DNA of 56,244 bases from Craspedostauros australis (taxonomy: Eukaryota), in NCBI GenBank assembly GCA_030167865.1, contig JALAGF010000848.1, positions 1 to 56,244 of the forward strand, written 5' to 3'. The notes below the pieces were generated by a model. That model was not told the DNA's origin. It saw only the letters and a program-made list of their open reading frames with translations, and did not search any database. The translations under genes were made by a program, and so were the position numbers. Below, one piece after another: positions 11,339-23,400 of this stretch (its first letter is position 1; every line of letters begins with the position of its first letter).

Positions 11339-11367
<29 letters not shown>
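11339..11367. repeat. (AG)n microsatellite
   Basis: ~14 perfect AG units. Confidence 0.95.
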
Positions 11368-11371
<4 letters not shown>

Positions 11372-12783
11372 GACCCATTCTGGTTGCATCGAAAGCACAT
11401 CGGCGTCCATGTTGGAAGATTGGCATCGCCTCATGATTCTCGTTGGCATGTACAATCGATGAGGCTGCGCCGATTGTCCCTGAGTGTGTGCTCAGTGCCA
11501 ATGAGGACTGTTCTCTCCTGCGCAATGACAATATATGCTCTTCCCTATTCGTCACACTGTTTCACTCACATGTTGCACGACTTGCGACGAAGCAACGCCG
11601 ATCTTGGATGATGTTGTTGTTGATGGGCAAGATACCTTCGTGTCTCCCCAACGGGATCTTTCTCGCCTCTGTTGTTCACCTTTCCCAAAGAAGAGAGTTT
11701 CCATTTGGTAATGAGCTGGGTTATGAAGCGTTCCGCTCTTGTTCTTCTCGGTGTGGATCGCGTCGTCGTGTTGCTTCGTGTTGATCGCGAGAGGTTGGCG
11801 GTGTGGCTACTGCGGCGGTGTTTCGCGTCGCGAATCCTTGGTGGAACTCTCCTTCATGTTTTTGTCATCGTGTTGCGTTGTGCAGCGTTGTGTTCTTCGC
11901 CCGTGTTTTTCCAGCACATGGCTCGTTGTCGTTCTACGGAGCCATCGAACGTATGACAGACAGTCCCAATTCTGATCGATTCGTAGAATCTCGTGAATGG
12001 GAATCTCGGAGTTGGAGGATTCGATTGACGGAGGATTCTTGTTGGTTCATTCTGCATACGGGACCGGTTCGTTCACGACCAGTGATAAATCTGTGCGTTA
12101 TATAATTGGCTCTCCGGTCATTGAGTATGAGAGGAACAAGACCATTTCGACGGAAACACATAAGCTCGGCGTTATTTGATTGGAGCAAAACTGTCCCATG
12201 TTCACGCAACCCACGACCACGTGAGTGCGGCAAAGTGGGCCACGTCGGATTGAAGGAAAATGACGGCGTCGCTGATGCGGGCACCAACGCGCAGTGATGT
12301 TGATGATGACGAGGGATGGGAACAGTTTCTGATGTTTGGGAATTGTTTTTGTGTCATTTCGCCGCAGAAACAACACGAACCAAAAACAAACAGAATGCGA
12401 AGACAACAGAGAGAGAAGGGGCGATGACGGTGACGGTCACCGATGCCCACACAATTCGGCCACGGAAACCGAAACCGCGCACCACGAATCTCGCCTTCCT
12501 GCACGTTCGCAGAACTTTGCAAACCACAGTTAGCCAGTTAGCCAGCCATCCAGCAACTCACCAACCACCAACGTTGCACTTCCAGCAACAGGAACAGGAA
12601 CAGGAATTGGAGAAAGGACAAGCAGCACCACACCTCACAATTCGGAAACGACCTCGATCTCAATCGCACGCGCAACCACTTCTGTCTCCCTCCGCAACCA
12701 TCGCTACTCGCACAAATAGAATCCTCATTTTCATCGTCATCATCATCCCATTAATCCATTCAACACCCACACAATAAGCAACA

Positions 12784-14001
12784 ATGACTCTCGAGAACTG
12801 CGAACCACAGCCAGCGGCCAAGAAGCAAAAGGTGGAACACCCACATCATGCCGGTGCCGCTGAGGCCCTTCGTCTGTCCGATGGCAAGGACGGAAAGAAG
12901 TACTCCGAGGATGTCGTGCGTCAACGCACCGAGGTCGAGAAGCAGGTCGTCAAGAACGAGACGGCTGCCGAGGCCATCGTCGACTCCCTTCCAGCCCTGC
13001 CGGAGATGGACCTCTTCCTCCCGGACGTGCTCAAGAACGCCGTCTTCGTCGGCCACCTGGTCACTGATCTAGACTCCGTCGCCAGCTCCATCGGCGCCGC
13101 CGAGCTCTACGGCGGAACTCCAGCCCTGGCCTCCAAGATCAACTCCGAGACCGAGTTCGCGCTGAAAGAGTTCAACGTCGATCTCCCAGAAACCATCGAG
13201 AGCATCCTGGAGAAGGCACCGGACTCAGACATCTGCCTTGTCGACCATCAGCAGACCAGCCAGATGAACCCATCCATCAAGCAGGAGAATCTCGTCGGAA
13301 TCATCGATCACCACGCTCTGCAGAACAAGACCGTCATCACCGACAAGCCAATCTACATCGACATCCGCCCATGGGGCAGCGCCTCCAGCATCATCGCGCA
13401 CACCTTCCTCACCCACAAGAGACGGCCGTCCGTCAGCACCGCCGGGGTCCTCCTCACCGCCATCCTCAGTGACACGCTCAATCTCCTCGGACCCACCACC
13501 ACGGATTGGGACCGCCTCATCGTCGCCGTCCTGGCCGACATCGCTGGCGTTGACGACATCCAGTCCCTGGCCAGCCGTCAATTCAAGGCCAAGAGCAAGG
13601 AGCTCGCCGGCCTCAGCGCCCACGGCCTCGTCAACGGTGACCAGAAGAGCTTCTCCTTCGAGGTCAAGGACGGATTCAGCGGCGAGGTCGGTTTCGCCGT
13701 CGTCGAGACCACGGACGACGATGTCATCATGGATCGCATGGAGGAGCTGCTGCCAGAGATGCTGGCCTGCAAGAAGGAACGCGGATATCAGGTCATCTTC
13801 CTGGCCGTCGTCAACATCGTCAAGCTGCATTCCAACCTGCTGCTGTGCGGTGCCCCCGAACGGTCCCTGGCCGAGAAGGCCTTCGGTGGTGAGATCACGA
13901 AGGACGGCAGCGTCATGAATCTGGGCAAGCGCGTGTCCAGGAAGAAGGATTTCATCCCCAAAGTCACAAGCTCCATCAAGCAGGGTTGGAAGATTCAGTA
14001 A
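12784..14001 (+). CDS. ppaC: Manganese-dependent inorganic pyrophosphatase, family II (DHH + DHHA2 domains; PpaC-like)
   Basis: Motifs 'VGHLVTDLDS', 'LVDHQQ', 'IIDHH', 'IRPWGS', 'ILSDTLNL.GPTTT' and the C-terminal 'SRKKDFIP' match family II PPases; strong codon bias. Confidence 0.85.
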   Translation: MTLENCEPQPAAKKQKVEHPHHAGAAEALRLSDGKDGKKYSEDVVRQRTEVEKQVVKNETAAEAIVDSLPALPEMDLFLPDVLKNAVFVGHLVTDLDSVASSIGAAELYGGTPALASKINSETEFALKEFNVDLPETIESILEKAPDSDICLVDHQQTSQMNPSIKQENLVGIIDHHALQNKTVITDKPIYIDIRPWGSASSIIAHTFLTHKRRPSVSTAGVLLTAILSDTLNLLGPTTTDWDRLIVAVLADIAGVDDIQSLASRQFKAKSKELAGLSAHGLVNGDQKSFSFEVKDGFSGEVGFAVVETTDDDVIMDRMEELLPEMLACKKERGYQVIFLAVVNIVKLHSNLLLCGAPERSLAEKAFGGEITKDGSVMNLGKRVSRKKDFIPKVTSSIKQGWKIQ

Positions 14002-14818
14002 AGTTCACACAGTATCCGTACGAGTATATACTCGCACTGGAGCGTCTAATACTTGCAAGCGCTTGTGTCAAATTGTACAAAAACAAACAGAAATAGAGTC
14101 CTCTACTCTACCCTAATATTTTAGAACAGTGCAAGGCATAGGAAACGCAAGACACTCAGCTTCCTATCGTATATTACCCAATACTCTTGTACAGCTTGAT
14201 GCGTCGTCCGATACTCTCCTCGTTGAAGTCTTCCTCGTAGCCGCGGACGTTCCTCTGGCATCATGTCTCGCTGGAGTTCTCTGGATCAAGCTTTCGCGCA
14301 GATTTTCTTTACATCGAAAACAAAGAGAGATAGAGAGAAGGACAACATCAACATGATTGGAAGTGCCAATAGAGACGAAGCCAAAGGTGCCAACACTGAC
14401 ACCAACAACATCAAGAGAGAGAGGGCGTCAACATCAATCATGATGCTTCATCCATCACTGGCCAAAGAAAGGTGCCACTCAAACACGACACAAATGCGAC
14501 CATCGCGTCGCAGGTGCTCGTTGCAGGGACAGGCGAAATAATCCTCCCGAATGATGCCAGTGACAAACTTACGTACGTCCGACTACGAAATGCCTGAATC
14601 TGCAAGATCCTTCCTGCACTCGTTGCTCGCATCTCCAAAAGAATAGCATAGAGTACTCTCTATTACAGAAAAACATAACGTATCCTACCAGGACCATCAT
14701 CAGCACTTTCTTCGTACATAACACAATACCATGTGCGTCTTTGCCTGGGTCGACATGTATCCTGCAGTTGGCACAATAGGCACCAATGCACTCCAATGGC
14801 ACCCGTACTCATCGTAGC

Positions 14819-16519
14819 TCACACAGACATGGGCAACCCCGTTTCCTGCTTCTCCCGTAATATCTCCTCCCGTAGCAACCTCTGCGGCGTGCTGAACCCC
14901 AGCACACGATCATGATCCTCAAACAACGGATCCACCGGCAGGCACCATTGCCACACCGGCCCTACCCCAAACACGTCCGTCAGCGGTATCGGTTCCTCCT
15001 CGCTGTCGTCCATTGTATTCGTCGCCTTCTTTTTGAGCCTATCGATGGTTCCGATTCCAGTCAGCAGGCCGTACACGACGTTCATGATCATGCTGGACGT
15101 GAAGAGGAATGCGCCTATACTCAGCCACAGCATCAACCACGCCAGCGGTGTCATGTATCCCGTGAACGTGCAGACCTCGGTGGCGCAGAAGAAGTAATTC
15201 CAGCCCAGAACGCTCAAAGAGAATGCGGAGCACGTCCATGTGTATAGCAGGAAGAGGAAGAAGTGCTTCATGTTGGCGACCCCCACGCAGTTGTTCATCC
15301 ATGGGCAATGGTCTAACAACATCATATTAGTTGCAGATGTGTTGTAGATATAAGTGCGTGAATAAATGTGAGTGGGTGTTGAGTAGAGTAGATCAGTTGG
15401 CTTTGTGCAAAGCACGGCCATGGTTCCGGACCAGCACCAAACAACGGCGTTTCGATCCGTCACAGTGCATGACCTCGTCAATCCCATCCAATTCAAGCCA
15501 AACCCCATCCAATCCAGTGAAACCCAACGCATCGCAAACGAAACGAAGATGAATGACTGACTGAACTTACGATCCATCCGGCTGATGCACCGATTGCAAA
15601 TCCTGCAATGATGCGAGTATGGTGGCTTGAAGGTCTGACATTGGCTGCACATGGCGAGCCTATCCGATCGTCTCTGAGCCTCGGTGGGCACGGCCGACGG
15701 TGGCACGCTGCCCGGATCTGTCAGAGATGTTTTAACGTGTGACGCCAGAGCCAAGGAACAAAGCACAGCATACAGCATGGACAAGGACACCGGGATGCTC
15801 TCCGCCTGCGCCAGAATGGTAATGGTGAGAGCAGAATATCCCAGCAGAATCCAGACCATCACCGCCATGATGGTGCCCGGCGGATCGTTGCGATTGAGCC
15901 AGATACCGTGTTCATCGGTTGTTCCCACGGAACACGACCAGCTCTGATCGTTGAAGTCATCGCGGTAGAACCGTCTGCCGGGACCTTCATCACCCGCGGC
16001 ATTTCCGGCCCAGAAGTTAGTACACAGCTGCGAAATACTCGGCGTGCTGGAGTACCGCGTCTTTGGTTTGTCGTCGAATGATCGTGACCCATTTGGCATG
16101 GCGCTGGTCATATCGAATGAACCAACTGTTCCGTTCTGTCATGAAAATAACAATCGGTTCATGACGCAACGTAATAGCATGGATGGCATTCAATGGTAGC
16201 CAACGTGATGCAACGATGATGATTGAGATGTTGATTGGTGTGAGTGACTGACTGAGGGAGTGACTGAGTGAAAGGTGATGCAACGAACAGTATCGCATCG
16301 CAACATACACAAGCACAAAGCAGTACATAGCATGACCATCATTTCCATGCATAATAACATCATCATTCCGCACGAGTATAACATGAGCATGAACGACATC
16401 ATCTGAAACAGCAGCTTGGAGCGCAAACTCACCGGGTTATCCCGATACGGCGCATTCGAGCCCAACCTTTGACGATACCTCACATCCTGCGATCGAATGT
16501 TCGGTTCGTTCATGGACAT
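14819..16519 (-). CDS. DHHC-type protein S-palmitoyltransferase; exons 16519-16433, 16135-15571, 15312-14819 (~381 aa)
   Basis: 'TDPG', 'CSQCQTFKPPYSHHCRICNRCISRMD'. Removing the 258-nt intron (GTAAGT 15570...TTAG 15313) restores 'DHHCPWMNNCVG..NMKHF'. Four TM segments. Upstream exon with GTGAGT donor (16432) joins in frame at 16135. Confidence 0.92.
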
Positions 16520-17442
16520 GGTGATTGATTAATGAAGTTGCTGTTGCTGCTGCCGCTACGACTGCTGCTTCTACTGTTGAGCGAGTGTTTTCAACGAGAT
16601 CGGCGCTGTTGCATTGCCTTCCATCGATGTGCAGGGCTTCTTTTCTCTTTCGTCATTGTCTGTCGTCATTTGTGGCGCAAAATTGTTTGTGTCAGTGTGT
16701 GTTCAAGCACTGGTTTTCAACGGTTGTTGTTGCTGGTGTGGATGAGACACACCATCGTTGGTGCCAAATTCGAAGAAGCGAAACACGATGAATATAGTCG
16801 ATCGAGTCATCGATAACTACCTTCGGTCCATTAGACTTCGGTCTTTTCCTCGTTCATCACTTCGTTGGCGCCACGCTCACAATTTCCGTCCATTCTCGTC
16901 GTTCACGATCACATTCAATCGATGCGCCATCGTCAACATCGACAAACAGGATAGGTTGGAGGGCAGGGCACATTCCATGCTTCTTTATTTGTATAATATA
17001 ATATGTGTATGGTAACTGTAATTGTACTAAATTTGTGTTGGTTCGTGGGCTCTTGGGTTGTGTTGTGTGCGTTTGTGGCTGTGTCGTCATCAGAGTCAAT
17101 GGTATTCATTCGTCAGTCGGCGGAAGTATTAGTACTCGCAGAGAGATGCGATGCGGGAAGCGAATCAATTGCGGCAAGGGAAGGCAGGTAGCTGTGGATC
17201 CATCCGCCAACTTCGTCGCCGCTCACGGTCGTTCGTGACATTCCGATATTGTGGCTGCGTCGACCAGCCACACCCTACCAATCCAGCATTCATGGGTTCA
17301 TCTCGGCGCAATAGACGCCCACCGACGCATGAATGTCATTGGCTCTGATGACACATCACAACACAGCACGACACAGCACATTCCCTGATATCATATGAAG
17401 TAGCGATGAGGCATGGTTGCCCCCCTACTTGGTCTCCAAGTC

Positions 17443-20400
17443 TTAACCCTCAAGGCCATCGAGCTCCTTCTGCAGGGCCTCGATCTTGGCCTTGACGGAA
17501 GCAGACTTGACGGTCTTGACCATGGCGGAGAGATCCTCGGTGCTCTCCTCGAAGAATCCGGCGACGGCCTGGTTGTCCTCCCAATCACCAGTGAAGCTGT
17601 CCTTCAGCAGGTCGATGGCCTGTGCTCGCGAGAGCTCTGGGTTGGCGGCGACCAGCTGATCGACGTAGTTGTCTTCGTACATGCGGCGCTTCGCACGGTA
17701 GAAGAAGAACTCGCGAGAATCCTCCCACGGTACAGCGGCCTCGATGACACCCTTGGCCTTCATGCGACCGGTCTTGTCGTGGAGGTCGGCGAATTCGGTG
17801 GCGGCCTGCAGGTACACCGGCTTCAGGGCCTCCTCGCGGGCAGCGATCTGCTCCTGGATGGCATCCTTGGCGTCGTCGAACTCGGTCATCTCAAGCTCGG
17901 AGTCGAGGAGGGTGAGCTGGTTGTCCAGGCGGTGCATCAGTTTCTTCTGGTCTGGGTAGCGGAACTTGACCTCCGTGATACCAGCCGGCTCGAGGATACC
18001 TCCGCGAGAGTCCGGATCGGCGTACATCTCCATCTTCTCCTCGTTGATTGTGGGGTCCACGACGACCCAGGATCCTCCGCGCAATTCACCGTGTGGTGGC
18101 AGGTAGATGTAAACTGGGTGCTCGTACTCGCGGAGGGCATCAACGATCATGGCTCCGAACTTCAGGATCTCGCCTGCCATATCGCGGCTACCTCCGCTGA
18201 ATCCACGCCAGTTGGCGAAGATCATGACTGGAAGACCTTCCTTGGAGAAATCGCGGATGGCCTGCGCGGTCTTGTACGAGGAGTCTGGGAACAGAACCTG
18301 TCCTGCCTGTGGGAGGACGGCCTCGCGAGAGTTGGCATCGGCCGGGTCGGCTGGGATGACCTTGTCAACGAGACGGGTCTCGACGGCGATGGCACCCATT
18401 GGGATTCCACCCAGACGTCCGCGTCCGATGACAACGCTCTTGCCCCATCCCTCGAGGTACTCGGAGAAGCTGCCCTTGTCGAAGAATCCGCCCATGGTGT
18501 CGCTTCCGGCCATCATGAGGCGTGGGTCGTAGGGGGTTGGGGTTGGTCGCCACTCGACCTTGCGGTCAACTGGATCGGCGCAGTCGCGGCACGCTGGGAG
18601 GGCACCGACGGTCTCTGGCACGAAGCTGAGCCACTTGAGGATGGACTCGACTCCCTGCTGGTCGTTCTCGACGACTTCGTGGGTGACTCCGTTGGGGTAC
18701 ATGATCTGTGGTCCACCGAGCTGGTCCTGCGAGGAGTACACTTCGCGTCCCAAGAGCTTGTTGAGAGCGGAGAAACCGGTCAAGATGATCGGTCCCTGCT
18801 TCATCTGGATCACACGCTGTCCAAGACGGACGAGGTAGGCTCCGATTCCGACGCTGCGGCCGGTGACGTAACTGAGGGTGAAGATCTCGTCGTAGGCGGC
18901 GGAGGTTTCTCCAGCGATCTTTCCGCTGCCCTGCAAGTTCTCGACACCAATTCCGTGCTTGGTTCCGATGACGTCGGTGATGGCCCAGCCTTCGGCGACC
19001 TTGTTGGCGATGACGGTGCCGCTTGGGAGGTTCTTGTAATCATCATCGGTCAAGTAGAGGTACTCGAATCCCTTGGATGGGTTGGAGTCGTCGACGAACT
19101 TGATGTTGATCATGGACTTGAGCTCGTCGACCAGACCGATGCGTGCTCCGGCATTGCAGGCGATGTACAGGCGTGGGATTTGGTTGTCACGGGCGAACTT
19201 GGATGCCTTGAAGTAGAACTCATCTTCCTCAACTCCGAACGATCCGCTCTGGACGGTGACGTCGTTGGCGATGATGACAACATCACGACCGGCTGGGTAC
19301 TCTGGCGTCTTCATCTTGACCAACCACGCGACCATACCGTTGGTGTTGGTGCCGATGGTGCGGGAGCCAAGGACGAGGTCGTCGCCGTTGTCGATGAACT
19401 CCTGTGCCTCGAAGACTTGCGATGGGATTGGCTCGGTGGTCTGAGTCTCCCCGATGTACTTCTGCCATTCGTTGATGATACCGACCTCCATGAGTCCAAG
19501 GAAGTCGTAAGCGTAAGTGGATCCGACGCGGCGGGCGATGGCACGCTTGGTCTGGACGATGTTGCTGGTGCTGTATGGGTCCAACAGGCAGACCTCCTCG
19601 GAAACGCCCTTGCCGTCGAGGTCGACGACGCAGAATTCCTTGGCGACGCCGGTGAGTGGATCTGGACGTTCGACGAACGCAGATGGCTTCAACCATTCTC
19701 CGTCGGTGGAGGATGCGACAAGGCGGACGGTCTGGACGACTGGCTCACCGTCGCTGCCAGTGGTGGCAACGCGGACCTTGACCTCGATCTCGTCAACACG
19801 CAGCTTCAAAAGGCGGGTGGCGACGGCGCTCTTGAGCTCACCGATGATGTTCTTGAAGTTGGCGGCGATCTCAGCGGAACTTGTGCCCTCGAGCTCCCGC
19901 AGGGAGTAGAGGTAGATGCGGGTGGAGGATTGCATGTTGACCTTCGAGTTGGCCTGGGCGCGCTCGAGCTCGTCCAATCCCTGCTGGAGGGCACGGCGAG
20001 CGCCTGGGGCGGTCTCGAGGCCTCCGCTGTGGGAGATTCCACGCACGAAGACGACCTGTGGTGGTCCTCCGCGCATTGGCTTCTGGGACTTCTCGGTTCC
20101 GAGGTAGACCTGAACGTTCTTGCTGAGGGATGGGAGTCGCTCGACGTTGAAGTTGTCTCGGATGCGGTTCAGTTCGAGCAAGTGGTGGAAGGTCGGGCGC
20201 ATGTTGCGGCGGATTGGATCCTCGACGAAGCCGTCGGCCTGTGGGAAGCTGAAGTAGGATGGTTCCTTCTTGGCGTTTGGAACGAGGATGTTGACGGTGC
20301 GGATGCCGAGCAGGTTGAGCTTGCTCTTTTCGGCGACGATGGCCTTCTCCATGTCAGCAACATCGGCGGCTTCGGAGCTGAGGGTGGCGATGTGGAGCAT

Positions 20401-23400
20401 GTTTCCTGGTCCGCCGATGACTTCGTTGACGGATTCGGAGAACTTCTCGAGGATGGTTGGGAGCTTGGCACTCAAGTCGGTGGTGGTTGGGATGACGCTG
20501 AGGTGGCCGTTGCGGTCGACGCTGTCGGAGACTTCGACCTCGGCGAACTGGAAGGTCCAGTCGCAGGCGAGGGCACCGTCGTTCTCGGTGATGGTGAGAT
20601 CCACGATGCGGTGGGAGCGGTAGATACGACGAACGTAGACCTCGACGGCGGCCTTGCGGACGGCGGCATCGGAGTCGTTGAAGAGGGAGGTGAGCAGATC
20701 GACACCGGCCGAAAGGGTGGCGCTCTTGGAAAGGGTGGTGAGGTCGGCATCGGCGGCCACGAGCTGTTCGCGGAGTTCGGCGACACGGTTCTCGAAGGAC
20801 GGGATCTTGGATTCGCGGAGGATGGCATCAGCGGCAAGGGCAACCTCTCCGTACACCTTGTCCTTGAGGCCAGCGAGGGTCTCGATGGAGGCAAGGAGGT
20901 CGGCTGGGAGCTCGGTGATGTCGAAGCGGTCGTAGAAGATCTCGACTTGACGCAGCATGGAGAGGACGAGCTCGATGCGGTTCTTGAGCTGCTGGTGGGC
21001 CTGGTTCTCGGCAATGACCATGTCGAGGGCGTCTTCGTTGGCCTTGGTCATCTCACGGACGGCATCATCGAGGAGCTTGCCGATGAACATGTTCTCGACG
21101 CGCATGAATTCCTCAAGAGAATTCGTGACGATGGCGGAGGCGGCTTCGACATCATCGGCAGCCTGGAGTGCGACAGAGACAGCGGCCTCAGCATCTCCGG
21201 AGAAACCGGAGAGGATGTTGCCAATGATCTCGTCAGCCTCGGTCTCGAGCTCGACACCGGCACAGTCAAGATCTCCGGAGAAAGTCTCGATTTTCTTGAC
21301 CTTGGATGGGTCCTTGAGCTCGAGGGTGGCGAGCAGATCTCCGGCGGAGATGACGGATCCTGGGGAGAGGTTGTGGGTGACTTTACCACTCTCGCTGGCC
21401 TTGATGGGCATGATCATCTTCATCGCCTCGACCTCCACGAATGGCTCGCCGGCGGAAACTTCTCCGCCGTTGTCCTGCAAATAACGCACGACCTTTCCGG
21501 TGACGTCGGTACGGAGCTCGGACGGATCAAAGATGGTTGGCATGAGGATGGTGGCACCATCGAGAACAAGACGGAGACCGAGTGGCTCGTCCATTCCAAA
21601 GATACGGTGGGTCTCACCTCCGAATGTGGCAAGGATGGCACCCTCGGCGGTCTGTGTGACGCGTGCTTCGATGACGTTTCCGGCAACAGTGAGCTTGTAA
21701 ACATCGGTGGCAGTGCGCTCGACGCGGAATGGGTACTTGATGTCTTCGTAGGCAATTTCGAGGTTGAAGGAGTTGATTCCTGGGATGGCGGACGTGGAGA
21801 CCTGTCCCTTGGCAAGAGCCTCGGTCACCTCAGTGGTCTTGGTCTGTGGTTGTCACATTGACATTGCCATTGGTATGATTGTTGCAGCACATGAGCGCCA
21901 GTTCATGAAGCAATTCGAAGAGGGACAGATTAAATTCGTGATGGATGAGGCGACGGTGATCCAACTGCATGCTGTTTGACGCAACCTGCTTTCACACCAC
22001 ATCACAAAATCAATTGAGCGGCCACAATCATTTCAATTTCAATTGCATGCATATGGCTGAGAACGTACCTGGACATGCTGGAAGGCGCGGAAGATGGCGG
22101 CAGACACGACGGTCAAGTCGGCTGGCTTCTCCACCTTGACGCTCTTTTCCTTGATGATTCCATCCAACCACGAGGTGTCGATGGTGTTGTCAATGAATTC
22201 TTTGGTCTCGAGCAGCTGAACGAGGTATTCGACGGTGGTGCGGATCTCACCGCGCACTTCGATCTCCTTGAGCGCGAGGATGAGGGCCTTGCGTGCCTCC
22301 TCACGGTTGGCACCCTTGGCGAACAAGTGACCGAACTGGGAGTCGGCGAACTCGTGGATTCCTCCGTTGGAGCCGACGCTGAAGTATCCCCACACGTTTG
22401 AGGTGGACTGGAATTTGATGCGCTCGATGGTACCGGAGGTTGGCTTGAAGCCTTCGTCTGGGTTCTCAGCGGTGATTCTGGCGGCAATGACGTGGGAATC
22501 GATGTCTTTGTAGTCCTCGGTCATGAAGTCGATCTTGTCGGAACCGTAGACCTCCTCCTTGCCGTAAAGCTTGCGGACCTGTGGAATGTTGTAGAGCGGA
22601 ATGCCCATGGCAACCTGCAGCTGGGTGGCTGGCATGTTGACGCCGGTGATGCCCTCAGTGACTGGATGCTCGACCTGGAGACGCGGGTTGAGCTCGAGGA
22701 AGAAGTAGTCGTCGGTGTTGGCGTTGTAGAGGTACTCGACAGTTCCCGCACCGACGTAGCCGATGGATTGGGTGAGACGCTGAGCTGCGCGCTGCATCTC
22801 CTTGAAGGTGTCAGGCTTGGCGATGGTGGGTGGACCCTCCTCGAAGATCTTTTGGAAACGACGCTGGGTGGAGCAATCACGTCCGTTCAGGGCGACGGCG
22901 TTGCCGTGCTCATCTCCGACGATCTGGACCTCAAGATGGCGCGCGTTCTTACAGAGCTGCATGATGAAGATTGGGGAGCCGACGACCTCGTTCTGGACCT
23001 GGATGTAGGCGTTGCGAAGATCATCTTCGTTGTCGACGAAACGGATACCCTTGCCACCACCTCCCTCGGAGGCCTTGATCATGATGCCGTTGTCGTAGCC
23101 GATCTTCTCGGCGCTGATGATGGCCTCGTCGACGTTGCGGCAGGTGGCCATTTCGAAGGTGGTGTCTGGGATGGTGCCCTCGTCGGTGAGCTCGGCGACC
23201 AGTGGGCCGTCGTTCTCTCCTCCGAAGGATCCGCTCCACGGGATGGATGGGACCTTGGCGGTCTGGGCCAAAATGTTGGCGGCGATCTTGTCACCGAGCA
23301 CGCTCATGACGGGTGCTGGCGGTCCGATGAATTTGATGCCGTTGGCATTGAGGCTCTCTGGGAGCTCCGGCTTCTCACTGGCGTGTCCCCAACCTGGCCA

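Noticed and set aside
13225..13830. Antisense ORFs opposite PPase; similarly 25853-26821, 29419-30330, 31629-32729 and 51505-52926
   Set aside because: Same codon-bias shadow effect; each overlaps a well-supported sense gene
17413..21861. 1482-aa antisense ORF opposite ACC1 (also 22492-23889)
   Set aside because: Codon-register mirror of a highly biased gene: avoidance of TTA/CTA/TCA on the sense strand removes antisense stops. The product is L/G/V/D-rich with no motifs
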